Counted from the first letter of the whole stretch, positions 37,467-52,091 are shown. The stretch: DNA of 63,841 nucleotides, filler included, from Reticulomyxa filosa (GCA_000512085.1; 17 parts of 17 records of this genome joined end to end with filler, not necessarily neighbours in it), one strand, 5' to 3'. Numbers and translations are program-made. The notes: generated by a model from the sequence alone, not told the origin.

Positions 37467-38435
37467 CTAACCGACGAATTCCCCATTTTCATCATCCCAT
37501 CCAAGCATGTCAAGTGGGATGCTACAACAAAGAGCGACAATGGGGATAGTGACGTCCTTGTTTGGACTTTCATTGACAAGTGCTCGAATGACCAACTGAG
37601 CAGCATGTTTCCACTTTTTGGTCAGACGTTCCAATTCGTTAATATTCTCTCGTGTTTGGTTATCAATATCCTCTATTGGATGTTTTTGATCAACCGAATC
37701 TTCGCGAGTCGAAGTTGGAGAGGTTGACTCCAAACTTTTTTGCGACATCGAGGTTTGTGCTTGGGAAGGTGAGGATTTGTCGGACTTAGCAACGTTGCTG
37801 AGATCGTTTTGTTTGGTAGGAGTGGTATTGGCTGAGTCATCAAAATGAGTAAGTTTGGCCCGTTTGTTGTCAGCTCGCTCCGAACCTCCACTACTGTCAC
37901 TTGTGCCTTGTTGGCTCCCTGTTCCAGATATCTCACCCAATTTTCTTTTTTGTGGGAGGTCGTTGAGTTGGCGCCTGAGCTTGAATGCATTGTTTGCATC
38001 TGCTGAAGACAACGGAGGCTGACTTTGGGTTGACACCTTTGCTGTCAATTTGCTAGGATCAATCATCCTTGGCATTTTGAAGCCTCGATGCGCTGGCTGT
38101 GCTTTTTGTGTTTTGTTGTCGTTGTTTGCACTCTTTTGTTTTGCAGTGATTATACTCGTTTCTATACATTGTTGTTTGCGACCATCACTGTTCGATCCTT
38201 TGGCGTTTGGTGTCACTTGCAGAACATATATACTCGAAGGCTTCAGATCTTCTGATGTCATCGGAACGCACTTGCACTCTTCCATTACTATCAGGTTTGA
38301 TGATGACAGCACGTTTAAACATTTCTTAATGTCATTCACGGATTTGTCACTACCCACTAATTTTTGTATCGAATCCAAAGTGTGCACGCTTTGCTTGCTG
38401 AAGCAGGTTTCGACTTGCCGATGGAGATCAAGCAT
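37467..38435 (-). CDS. Sfr1/Mei5-like recombination accessory protein
   Basis: C-terminal INELERLTKKWKHAAQLVIRAL..IPIVALCCSIPLDMLGWDDENGEF fits the Sfr1/Mei5 C-terminus, with an FKMPR motif upstream. Intronless, 322 aa. Confidence 0.6.
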   Translation of the reverse strand: MLDLHRQVETCFSKQSVHTLDSIQKLVGSDKSVNDIKKCLNVLSSSNLIVMEECKCVPMTSEDLKPSSIYVLQVTPNAKGSNSDGRKQQCIETSIITAKQKSANNDNKTQKAQPAHRGFKMPRMIDPSKLTAKVSTQSQPPLSSADANNAFKLRRQLNDLPQKRKLGEISGTGSQQGTSDSSGGSERADNKRAKLTHFDDSANTTPTKQNDLSNVAKSDKSSPSQAQTSMSQKSLESTSPTSTREDSVDQKHPIEDIDNQTRENINELERLTKKWKHAAQLVIRALVNESPNKDVTIPIVALCCSIPLDMLGWDDENGEFVG

Positions 38436-38678
38436 TGTTGAATGCGTCGATAATTTATTTTTTTTTTTGCTGCAAACGCCTTTTGGTTCTTGTTCAATTC
38501 ATTGTTTTAGTATATCTTAGAACAAATCCACATTTACGAAACATATCTTACCATAAAAAATATAACAAGATTGACAACGTCTTTTCAAAGTATCGTAAAC
38601 TAGTTTTTACATCTTTTGAACAAAAGTTTGAAAAAAGAAGAACAATCTATTTTTCTCCTTCTACTTGCTTAAACAAAA

Positions 38679-40632
38679 ATGATGAATTATTGGGTGTTTT
38701 TATTATTGGTTTGTTGGAAGACTGTCTCCTCCACTGTAGATTATCCAGACTTATATGAAGCGACCCCTGCACCGCAAGACCAGTGCAAGCCTGTCAACGC
38801 GTCAGAGCCAATCGAATGCCCAGCACACATTGGCCCACCTTGCCCTTACTGTTACACCAACTACCAAAGTGATTACGTTACTGGAGACAGCTTAACTTTC
38901 ACAGAGTCAGAATTAGCGTCAATAGAGTCCCATATGAACGAATGGATCAGCTACTGGCAGCGCCGCTATCCGCCAACATTCACGGATCCTCCTGGCGATT
39001 ATTCCATTTTTACGGGATTGGCCGGACGTGCGCAAATATTCTTGCGCGTGTACCTTTATACAAACAATGTCACGTACTTGCAAATAAGCGAAAGCTACAT
39101 TAACAACGCGCTAAGAATTTTGCCAGCAAAACAAGAATATGTATCTTATTTTTTTGGACATGTTGGTATGAACTTTTTTTAAAAAAAAAATTGTTTAGTC
39201 AGCAAAAAAAAAGGGGTCGAAAGTAAATAAGTTATAGAAACAGTGGAAAATTTTTTTTTAAAATAAATGAAATCAGGGGTTTGGACGATTGCGTCGATAA
39301 TAAGTAATTTAACGAATAATGCAGCCAATGTCTCGCACTATCTTAAAAATATTCAAGACACCTTTAGCGAGGTAAACACTGCGATAGTGACCGGTGCGTA
39401 CAACAGTACTTCGTTTGATCTGTACATTGAAGGGATTGATGAAGGTTTGAGTGGAATGCTGTTTGCGGGAATGTTGGTGAACGAATGGTACGGTAAGATA
39501 ATTGTTGACCCCAATATGATGAAAAACATCAGCTATTTCATCATTCAAAGAGGTATGGCGAGTGGAGAAATGTTTGGTCATGATTGGATGATGTTTGAAA
39601 ATCCAAACTTGCCGGGATGTTATGACTGGGGAATGGGACATGGAAACGGAGGTCGGTTTTAATATTTGACATAGAATAACATAAAAATGAGTAGATTTAA
39701 CAAACGAAAAGTAAAAAAAAAAAACAACAAAAAACAATGACTGTGTGAAATAGGTGTGATGCGTATGCTGCTGTTGTTCAGCGAGAAGTACGCTCCAGAA
39801 CTGCTGAGCAATGATGAATACTTTATTCCAATAAAGAATACAATGGATAATTTGGTTTCAGTCCAATTGCCTGATGGCAATATGCCAACGGATATCAATG
39901 GCTCTTGTGCAAGCGAATACGGCAACGACACGGACGCTCGAGTGCAATGGTGTCATGGTGCTCCAGGTTTCACTGACCTTTTCACTTATGCAAGTTTCAT
40001 CTTCCAATCCATTAATACCACTGCTGCTGAAGTGTATCTACAGAGTGGTTTGCTTGCTGCTAATGTTACTTGGACACGTGGGTTGATTGTCAAAGGGTTT
40101 GTCTTTCTCGTTCCTACTTTAATGTCCTTATTCAAATTTGTGTTTCACATGAAAAAGCTATTTGTTCATCTCTCTTTGTGTGAAATAGATTGATGTATTG
40201 TCATGGCATTGGAGGTACACAATTTTTTCTTTTTATTCTCGAATATAAAATGTACAGTACAGATAATTTTTTATTCTAGGCAATACGTATATGTTGTGGA
40301 GAATGTCTGAAAATATGCAAAAAATCGGCAACATGGAGTTTTACGCAAATCAAGCAGGTGTTTTAACTATTTTTGAATTGGAAATACTTATTTTTTGAAT
40401 TGGGTTGCTTTTCTTTTATGTTTCTGTGCTAACAGCTTGGCGAGCCAAACAATTTATCTTATGGACACTTAATGATCAAAACACTGATCATTTGAGGTGC
40501 AAGTACAGCGACGAAAATTACTCCATGTTCCAGGGGTGTCCTGGAATTGTAATGCTTTACATTCAAGCATTACAAAGTGGGTGGCCTGGTGAAATTGAGG
40601 CTTGTATGCCTGGTTGGAATTTATGTGTATAA
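38679..40632 (+). CDS. LANCL: LanC-like (lanthionine synthetase C-like) protein with predicted signal peptide, six exons
   Basis: Exons 38679-39165, 39277-39651, 39754-40096, 40189-40214, 40280-40357, 40436-40632. Motifs SIFTGLAG, FFGHVG, WGMGHGNGG, DGNMP, VQWCHGAPG, WTRGLIVKGLMYCHGIGGN, SMFQGCPG. Confidence 0.88.
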
Positions 40633-40915
40633 TTCAAACCGAAACAATTTGTTCTTTTAAGATTTTATTAAGTAGATAACACGTTCAATCTGTTACAGTT
40701 TTTAAAAGAAATTTCTGCAAATAAAATTGCCACGGTGAGGTACTGAAAGTAAAGTATTTATGATCTAAGGAGTTAAATCGTCCGATTAAAAAAAATCTTT
40801 CTGCAAATAGTTTAATAAAAATATCTTTTTGCATAGTGAAGAGAAGCAAGCCTTGGATTTGGCATTTTTTCTGCTCTATAATTTGTGTGTAATTGGAAGT
40901 CATAAATCAAGTGAT

Positions 40916-42118
40916 TCAATTATTGTCCCTGTTCGCTTTTTCCACAAATTCACAAAAGTCAGCCCAATTGTTAATATTCTGAACACTATATTTTGTGTCG
41001 TGTTGTTTGTTAAGATATGCAATATTTCCAATATAATCTTGCAGTTGGTGCATGAAATGGCGAACATCAGTAACAAATTGTTTTTCAACCAAATCAGCTC
41101 CACTCATAGTATCAGTTTTGATATTCGATTCGGAAAGTCTTCGGTTTGTGCGCCTCTTGTTAATGGTGTCCACAAACTTGGACATTCTCTCTTTTGCAGT
41201 TTTCATTTTGTTCCAGTATTCAGTACTGACAGCATTTAAGACATTGTAAATTAAGGCGTGCTTTTGTGATGCACTCATGTGATCAAGTTCATGATCACTC
41301 ATAAATGCGAGAATACTTTTCAACGGCGCAAACAATTTCTGCACATACTCAGAAGGTGTAAAATCACCAACAGAAAGGGTAGAAGAGGAAGATTTGAATG
41401 TTTGCCAAGAGTCGGCCAGAACATCTACTTCCGTCAGACAAGTGACACTTTCTTCCAAAACAATAGTGATGAGACGATTCATCAATACTTGATCGCTCCA
41501 TTGAATATATTGTTGAACAGATGGAAGGAGTAAACCATCCAACATTTCTTTCATTTCGAGTTGTCGTTTGTTCAAATGCCCTACATTCCTGTAATTCAAA
41601 GCAAAAAGACAAAAAAAGATAATTGGAATGACGAACAGATTCGAAAAAGGATTAAAGGAAAAATAAACAAAAAAAGCAAACTGTTGTTGATAAGTTAAGG
41701 GATGGAGTATGGTGTGCCGTGCAGATGGAAACCATTTGCTTTGAACAAAATCGATCAAAGAACATACATCGTAGTGTAAAGTAACCAAAAGTTCTTTTTG
41801 TCTATTTTTGTTACTTTTTTGGTCTTGGATGAATGTGGTGAGGAGTTGGTAGCCAAATGACAAAATTTGCAATGACAATTTGAAAAATTGTTGTGTCAAT
41901 TCCCATAAAAAGATCTCCTTATCATCAAAACATTTCCACAGAGCATTGATCATCTCATAAAACAATAAGAAATGCATTTTGAACTGCGTGTTTTCCAAGT
42001 TTGCATTTTTCATATATTTTTTTAGTGTTTTCAAGCATTCGTTGCTTCGCTCTTCATACATTGCCATTGCTTTTCTCAGTTCGTTTGAATGTTCTTTCAT
42101 TTCTCGATCCGATGACAC
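40916..42118 (-). CDS. COG2: Conserved oligomeric Golgi complex subunit 2, C-terminal part
   Basis: FFKLSLQILSFG, PSEYVQKLFAPL and MSGADLVEKQFVTDVRHF are similar to COG2_C (MSDDDKIRLQL.LDV). Read-through intron at ~41590-41695. Confidence 0.65.
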   Translation of the reverse strand: MSSDREMKEHSNELRKAMAMYEERSNECLKTLKKYMKNANLENTQFKMHFLLFYEMINALWKCFDDKEIFLWELTQQFFKLSLQILSFGYQLLTTFIQDQKSNKNRQKELLVTLHYDVCSLIDFVQSKWFPSARHTILHPLTYQQQFAFFVYFSFNPFSNLFVIPIIFFCLFALNYRNVGHLNKRQLEMKEMLDGLLLPSVQQYIQWSDQVLMNRLITIVLEESVTCLTEVDVLADSWQTFKSSSSTLSVGDFTPSEYVQKLFAPLKSILAFMSDHELDHMSASQKHALIYNVLNAVSTEYWNKMKTAKERMSKFVDTINKRRTNRRLSESNIKTDTMSGADLVEKQFVTDVRHFMHQLQDYIGNIAYLNKQHDTKYSVQNINNWADFCEFVEKANRDNN

Positions 42119-42389
42119 TTATTACCAATGTTTGTTATTCCAAATACGCGCGTATTATGAACAAAACAAAACAAAACAAAANNNNNNNNNNNNNNNNNNN
42201 NNNNNNNNNNNNNNNNNNNNNNNNNTTAATTAATTAANNNNNNNNNNNNNNNNNNNNNNNNNNNNNNNNNNNNNNNNNNNNAGAAAACAATTAATATATA
42301 CATATATACGTATACGTACACATACATATAGACACTATAAAGATAAAATATATAAAATATGTAATCAAAACTGTATTTAATTTCATTCG

Positions 42390-43535
42390 AAGAATATTCG
42401 GATTTCTCAACCTTCACCTCATTGCCCAGCAATGTATGCAGCAGATACTCCGTCATAGCAAACTCGTCAGTAACTAGCTTTTGAACAGCTTCCCGCATTC
42501 TTTTGTAAGGGACGCCTATCCACACGACTTCGATATCGAATCCAGTGGTAATGTCCGTTGGAAAAGGCTCCGGCTCTGGCTCGTTTAGTCCCTCCTTGAA
42601 ATCCACGGTACCCTCTTTGAATATCAGCGTCACCTCGCAGTCGTGTTTCACATCGTGCACGACGCCGGTTTTTGGACCAGCCTTTTTCCAGTTCTTTGCA
42701 TGGTCTGTGTGTCAGCCGTACCTGCATTCCCGGTCGCACATCCCAATCGATATTCATGCGCGTCGTGGGCAGCACAAAGCGCGCCATTTGAGTTTTTTGG
42801 ACTTGGCTAAGTCTCCATTCCACAGGCATACCTTCCAATCTCTTTTTATGGGCGAGGGTAGCAAGGGGGGGGGGGAAAAAAAAAAAGTACGATTTAGACA
42901 AAATTGCACTTGTGCATATTATTATATATACATACATGTATATACATATATATACAATATGTAAATACTATAACATAAAATTGTTCCTCTCTTTCTCTTT
43001 TTTTTTTTTTTTAAATAAAAAAGTACCTGAAATATGCATTCATTACGATCGGCCTCCTCTTCCAATTCGATAAGAGGGAGGTATGCGTCGCTGTAGTGTT
43101 GGGTACTGGCATAACTGCTGGAAACACTTTGCACTAGTTGCCTTTGGTTCCAAAGGATCAAATCATCCCATGTCTTGCTAGGGTCACTCATCCACAAATC
43201 CTCCAGGTCTTTAATGTCTCGATCGTTCACGAGACGGGCCTTGGTCAACTGTTTTGGACTCGGCACGTCGGCCAGACAAGGCAGCAGTTGCTTTTCGTAA
43301 ATTAATGCCTGCCACGTGCTGGGGTCCCAGCCTTTGTCGAGCAGGTCCTTCGCGAGCAAACAGAGGTCACGGCACAGTACCACTAAGACCCGATCTTTTG
43401 GAGCTGCGATGAACCCGAGCAGAAACACATTCGAAACACCGCATTCGAAACATTTCAGCTTTACGCTGGTCTGCTGGTTATTTATTGATATCAAGCGATG
43501 TCGTGAGCATACAAGATGATGGACAATATGTGCAC
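42390..43535 (-). CDS. UPF1: UPF1-like RNA helicase (CH zinc domain, stalk, 1B barrel), partial and divergent
   Basis: HIVHHLV..LKCFECGVSNVFLLGFI..VVLCRDLC..WDPSTWQALI..KARLV..LEDLW..Y...YLPLIELEEEAD..FDIEVVW..PYKRMREAV..YLLHTLLG is colinear with UPF1. Confidence 0.85.
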
Positions 43536-43599
43536 CTATGTTCCCAAAGGGGGTACAGAAAACATAAAAAACGAAAATGATGACAAGAAAGAGGTGTGA

Positions 43600-43633
<34 letters not shown>

Positions 43634-43751
43634 AAGGACTAGCTAGAAAGGNNNNNNNNNNNNNNNNNNNNNNNNNNNNNNNNNNNNNNNNNNNNTTAAT
43701 TAATTAANNNNNNNNNNNNNNNNNNNNNNNNNNNNNNNNNNNNNNNNNNNN

Positions 43752-44535
43752 GAATACTAACCATGATGATGACACCAAGGGAAGCATTTTCAAGTCATTG
43801 GCACAAACTTTGAAACACAACGAATTCGCACTGGAAACGACGCAACAAAAACAGCAATCATACCAAGTTTTGCAAAAAAAAAAAAAAAAAAGCTTTATTA
43901 TAAACGCGAGTACAGTAACCATAGGCCTCATAAATAAATAAAATAAAAAAAAGGGAAAGGGCAACGCCAAAAACTCCGCGACGGCTGCAGAGGAGAAAAC
44001 AAATATGCATGATCTGCCGATGCTAATATTAGACGAAGATGATGAAAACGGAAGATTTGATCCAGATCCTTTGGAAACTCCAAATTTGCAAAGAGTACAA
44101 AGCACAAACAACGACATTGATCACTTGCAAGAACATTCCTTTGCTGTTACAGAAAAAACTCGCAATCCAGACTCTGAAATTGGCTCTTTTATCAGAATGT
44201 GTCAACAAGCGCCACGTTTACAGTTGTTCAATGCCGTTGACTCGTATTTAATTCCAGTGCATGACCAAGCTCAAAACAGCTTTTATTCAGGTGCACATTT
44301 TAGATTTTTTTTTTTTTTTAGCTCTTGTGTGCATGTAATATATCTGTGTATATATATTGAATAATGCTGAGATTTGGATGTTCTTTTTTCAGAAGCTCAG
44401 CAACACAATTATTTGGAAGCACTTTCAAATTACTTGGCACAAAAAGGGGAAATCTCAGAACGACTACGTGCTGACACCAGAGCCATTATAACTGCTTTGC
44501 AAATACAAGAATCGAATTCTTTGTCTTCCACTTAA
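43752..44535 (+). CDS. Hypothetical protein 3' end, possibly an Atg13-like C-terminus
   Basis: DSEIGSFIRMCQQAPRLQLF weakly resembles the 'xG.F+..+..AP.L' C-terminal motif of Atg13. Last exon ends at TAA 44533-44535. Confidence 0.35.
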
Positions 44536-46011
44536 AAACAAACAAAAAAAAAAGAAACATATCTCGACCATACATTTTTTGGAAATTGCATTGAATTTTC
44601 TTCTTGATGCTTGAATGACACATAATTTTTGCTTTTTTTTGTCTTTTTTTTTCTCTCTCCTTTTCACATGCTCATTATGGGGCCCCCTTCCCAATTTACT
44701 GTTGGATTTTTTTTACCCTTGTTTTCCTACAAATCTTTATTCTTTTTTCGTCTCTATTTTTTTGTTCTTAATTGTCTACTGTGTTGTTTGTGTTTTCGGA
44801 TTAATGTTTGATTTCTTACAGCTATCAACTCTCAAAAAATTTTAAAAAGTTTATTTTACTTTTTTGTTTTCCTCTTCATTCACGATTGTGTTCGTTTGCG
44901 AGGTAGATTGATTTGTTTCACCTTTTTTTCTTGTTTTTTTTAATTTCACTGTTGAAGATGGTTCTTAAAACTCAATTGTCCTCCAAATTTTTTCTTCATT
45001 AAACGGATTTTTTTGAATGACTTAAATACATCCAAAAACTGGACAGGATGCCAATTTTGTTGTTTTGGACCAAAACAAATAAAACAGGGATATTTTAACT
45101 TAAAATAATAGTTGTTACGTTTTTAAAATTGTAACAAGAACGCTTTCTATTTCCGTTTTTCAAATTTTGGAGTTGTATTTTTTAATTTTTTTCAAAAAAT
45201 CTGACAATTTCAAAGTTTTTTAAAATGTTATTATTATGAAGTAGCTGTCAATTGCGCAATTACTTCTTCGCCCTCGGATTCAATTATACTCCGCAACGAA
45301 ACAAAAAATCACTATTACACTGGAATATTTGTTGTTTTTTGGAATTTTAATCATTTCAATTTATTTGAACTTCGTTGTTATGCATCAAAACAGGATTTGG
45401 GATACATCTTTTAGAATTTCAAAAAGAACGAAGTATCTTCAAAAAGTCATATGTTGGTTTGTGCACTTTTCGGGTGTTCGTGTTTTTCAAAATTTTGTTT
45501 TGTTGAATGGTTACAAAATATTTGAAGGTTTTCAGATTATCCTCAAAGAAGGACCCTGTCCTAAAATAATTTGTTACACTTAGTCAAATTACAATGATTG
45601 AATTTTCAAGATTTTAGGCTCCCATTCTTTTAGTGAACGCTTTTTTGTTGAGTAATCAGTAACCAACTAAACATTTTATCCAATTTCATTCCATTAAACT
45701 TTTTATTCCAAATTTTTAGTAGGCAAAATAAAAGAAGAGCAGAAAATATCTCTGTTAATAAGTAAAAAAAATTAATCAGAAGATTATATTAAGCGTCTTT
45801 CTGAATTGTTGATCAACTTAGCCATTAAAGTCAAGTCTTATTAAATTTTAAGGAAGCTTCTGTTCATTACCTACGTCAAAATTGGTCATAACCACTCAAT
45901 CAAATTTTTAAACTTATCATAAAAACATCTATCATCTCTTGTGTTTTTCAAACACTTGACTCGAAATTTTTTGTCACATTTTATATTTTGAGATTTGCAT
46001 TTAGAGAAAAC

Positions 46012-47593
<1,582 letters not shown>

Positions 47594-48329
47594 ATTAGTT
47601 CGTTACGTTAAAGCTATCTTCCTGCTTTTACTGTCATTTAAATCCTCCCCCAGTAATGATTTCATTTTAGACTCTCTTTTTTTAACTTCTTCTACCAACC
47701 ATCCCGTTCTTGCCACAAAAGTTTTGGAGACTTGCCGAACTAATATAAACTTTTTTGTTCTTCAAGACTTAATCTTGTGTTGTATGGTAATCGAAGTTTT
47801 GTACTTACTTTGTTAATTTAAGTCAATCTTAATTTTAATCCAACCAATTGTTAAACACGAAATTTTTTTAAATACTGACTCAAAGTAATTTGCTTTGTCA
47901 CCGTTTCTTTTATAAAAAAATTACCAGATTTTTTCATCAACTTTGCACGAACGTGTAAAAAGAAATCAAATCAGTAAGAGTGTACAATGAGTAAATGAAA
48001 GCTTCGTTGCTGTTTTTATTAGAAAAAATTGGATCATTATTCTAGATTTGCTTTAGGTAAAACTTGTCAAAATGTAAAGAAATGTTAAATATTTTTTTTC
48101 ATGCAATTATGTCAAAAAGAAAACACTGTTCTTGCAAAATATTGTAATTGAAAAGTGTTACTTTTGAAGACATAAAAAAGGTTTCTGTGCAAGATAACAC
48201 TGCAAAGAGTACAAGTTCAAAAAAAAAAANNNNNNNNNNNNNNNNNNNNNNNNNNNNNNNNNNNNNNNNNNNNTTAATTAATTAANNNNNNNNNNNNNNN
48301 NNNNNNNNNNNNNNNNNNNNNNNNNNNNN

Positions 48330-51300
48330 GTCATATCCTGGAGAGTTGGTGGTCGTTTCGAACCAGAATTTTTGCTATACATCAACGACTGCAAAGCAAT
48401 CAAACATCTGTCTCTTCGCTCTTGAGGTTGATTTCGAATAAACACTTCCAAATAATTTTCCAACTCTTGAGATGGTGGGAAGGTGTACAGCACAAAATCA
48501 TTGCATTCCATCCGCGAGTAATGGATTGATTTTTGGGATTGTTAGTCAATTGCTTGATCAATTGGCAATAAATTTCATTTCTTAATTCCTGTTCTGAATG
48601 TCCTTTCAATAAATTCCAGTCCTGCATTATCGGGATTACCAACTTCTGCCGGTTTGTCCATCATGTATATTTGGATTTCTTGAACAAGTCTTGGGCATCT
48701 TTCTTAAACTTTTTGTCGATTGTCGTCAATTGGCTATGAATTGGTTCAGTACTCCATATCAAGTATCCCTCCTTCAGCTTATCTCGTCCAAACAGCTTTT
48801 CCTTCGCCCATTCGTCTGCTCCTTTCAACACTGGACAATTGTGCATGCCAAACTGTGTGCCCATTTTATCAAAGAAGATATCTTTCAATTTAATGTTTAA
48901 ACGTGTTTGCCGTTTTAAATCTTGAGTTCGAACGGCTTGTCGTAATTGTTCTTGGACAAATTTGTCGGTATCTTTACCCAAAGTCTCAAACATATACTGG
49001 AAATACTCAATGTATTGATTGTTGTATCCCAACTCTTGAGCAGCAAACAAACATGCTTCCATGTGGTTTGTCTCCAATGTTGCAATGGCTTTTTCAGATT
49101 CTCGTATAATTGCGTGTATGCGATCTCTCATTTTCAACGCCAACATACATTTATCCGTTTCGTATTGTTCTCTTTCTATGATTTCACAAACCGCCTCCAA
49201 TTTGTTGATATCTTTTTCGCTAATGGCTTCTTCCAACAGTCTTTTGGTTTCAGGGTCAATTCGCGACTCCACATACTGGGAAAGTAATTTTCGCGCTTTT
49301 TCTGCCAATGGCGAAGTAATATTGTATCGTCGACATGCTCTTACTGCTCTTGCCAATCTCTCAAAGAATAGCTCTGGTTCATCGAGTGAGTTTGGATCGG
49401 TACTAATCAATTCTTCCAATGTCTCATTCATTTTTCGTTTTTCCATGATGATGGAGCGCTTTAATTCTATTATTTTATGTTCACCAGCACGATACAGCAT
49501 CATAGTTTTGCCCTCTCTGATATTTTCACGATTCATATTCAAAAACTTGAGAATATCTGTGCATCCTGTTCGTCCAGATCCGCAACTTCTCCCGGCTTCT
49601 TCCAAAATGCATTTGTATCTTTCAGCAAATTCTCCATGTTTCAAACGAAATGGAAATCCTGCTTTACGGATTTTGACAGCTTCAAACACTCCCGAATACG
49701 TGAGTTGTTCAAAGCAACTTCGTGGCACAAAGTACAATGGTTCCTTGTCTTCATTAGGCTTAATACATCGAATATAATGAGGCTGAGTTGCCTGTAAAGT
49801 TTTCATCAAGGCACCCAATTGGTTGCGGAATTGCAAACTCAATGTTGCTTTTCGCTGTCCTGCGCTCATATCTCCGACATCCTTCGGGAACAAAACTCGA
49901 ATCATGTGCTCTTTCGACTTGTCCAACATCATCAACAAACCTCTGTCCAACTCATCCTTGTTCTTTTCAATAAACCCTCGAACATCATATACGACATCAC
50001 CGGCGTAATGAGACAAAATGAAGGCCATGGTATCTTTTCCATTGTCTTTGAAATATTGGTTTGATCCATGACAATCAGTTAATTTGGCTCGGAACTTTTC
50101 TTCGCTTCCTCCAGGTGTTTTTCCTTCTTCGTCCAACAATGGCAGCATTCCCTTTGGTTTTTCTTCAATCATATTTAAGATGGGCTCATTGTCAATAAAT
50201 GGGACATGATCAAAACCAATGGCCTCGGATTGATAAACCTTTTCTTCTTGTTTAAACACGGTAAAGTTAAACAACTGTTGCAATTTTTCATTGCAAAAGT
50301 TGATACACAATTGTTCCAAAGAATTTCTTTGGAAAATTTCAAATCCAAAAATGTCCAATATGCCAATGGACTTGTGCACTTTTTTTTTGGGTTCCATGGA
50401 TTTGTTAATTTGAACAACCAACCAATCAAAGATTTTGGCATACACAAATTTGCACAAAGAATCCCTTTGATCTCGCGCAAACTCTGGATTTAATCCTTTT
50501 TCCACACTCTTGTTGCCAGGCATAACGAGGGCCTTATGGGTGACTCCTTTTTCGAGTTCGCCTGCGTCGACCTGCCAAAGTTTTGCGGCGGTTGCCAAAG
50601 GAGAGCGATTTTTGACTTTGGAAGTGTCATCGGCATAATTGGATTGGACTCGTTCAAACTCGACGTTGCCAATATGCAAAATGCCTGCCACGATACGATA
50701 TATCGACTCGACATCCTTTTCATTGAATTCCAAAGTTTTGAAGGCTTCCCTCACGTCGTCAAAGTCTCCTTTGTCGTTGATTCCGGGCACAGTCGTACAA
50801 TTGCCGCTGTTGCAGTAATAGTATTGCTCGGGCTGGCCTAATTCCAACGATTGTCGCAGATTGCGATCGCATCCTTTGGTTAGCATGTAAAAGATGTGAT
50901 AGTTTCTTTCACCCTCGGCTTGTCTTGCAACACGAACCTTTTCCAACAAGTAATTGGTCGTCTTGCCACCCATCAGTTGCAATTCGTCGTTCATGAATAT
51001 CTCCACATATTTCCCAAATCTGGATGAGTTATTGTTTCGAAGAGTTTTTGCATTTCCAAATCCTTCCAATATTGGATTTGCGTCGAATACTTTCTTTTCC
51101 ACACCTGCCACGGACCCTGCGACGGCTCCCAAATATGATAGACATTGCTTAGTTGCCTCGGCTAGTTTTTTGTTTGTTTGTTTTTTGTCCAAAGAAATGT
51201 CGTCGATTGTTTTCGAATCCTCAACTTTTCCCTGCTCCAGATTCGCCTGATATGACGATGGATTGATTTGGGCCGCTTTCAAAAGTCAATCCTTTGTAGG

Positions 51301-52091
51301 CTTGGTCAGCCACAACAAACACGTGAGGAGGGACCTCTCTGTGTTCTTCCAATGAGTTGCGATACTTGCGGATCATTTGCGGCGTATACAAATCTAGTTG
51401 CGTATACGGATTAATGGATATTAAAATTGTACCGATTGCCGACTGTGTTGATTTGTTACACGTTCTTTTCTTCAGCTTATCTCCCCCCCCCCCCCTTTTT
51501 TTTTAAAAAGACTTGTTGGACATGTATACGTAACATAAATCTTGGCCGCTTCGAATCTCTTTCGCAAACAATGCAAAATTAAAGGAACACTCATTTCATC
51601 CAATAACGTCAAATCCGCGACAATGCGCTGTAAACTGGATTTGTTCATGGTAATCAAGTCTTTTCGGTTGACATATCGCTCTTCACCAGATTCAAGTTCC
51701 ACAACCACTTGACCATTGGATTCATCCATTTTACGAGCGGGTAAATACACGTCCGTTTCGTCGGGGACCCATACCCACGCTGACTGTGTAACCACCACAA
51801 ATTTTAATGCGACCAAATTGTGTTGTTAACACACAATCGGCTCTTAACTGAGCTTTGTTTTTCTTCGTCAGTCATCAGCTCTTCAGGCTTATCCCATGTT
51901 GTTTCTTGAGTCACACGGTTAAAATAATAGGCTAGCCTGTAAAAGACAAGAAAGATTAATAACAAAAAAAAAGCAGTACAAAAACATTCCTACCCGTCTT
52001 CAGTTCTTAATTCTTGCCAATCTGAGAAGGTTTCTTCTTCAATGTTTTTGTGGGCTTTCCACCATGGCTGGCTAGATGCCTGATTCGACAT
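48330..52091 (-). CDS. Myosin with N-terminal WW domain and C-terminal MyTH4 (class IV-type), 3'-truncated
   Basis: WW: [10 protein letters not shown]|..[15 protein letters not shown]. Motor: GESGAGK|T (split by an intron), [35 protein letters not shown]. MyTH4: [27 protein letters not shown]. Confidence 0.92.

Noticed and set aside
48440-48690. Three frameshifts in the myosin MyTH4 region as programmed frameshifting or pseudogenisation
   Set aside because: Single-base indels, mostly in short homopolymers, near a contig end. The motor region is intact, so sequencing error is more likely. The same applies near 42670 and 61080.
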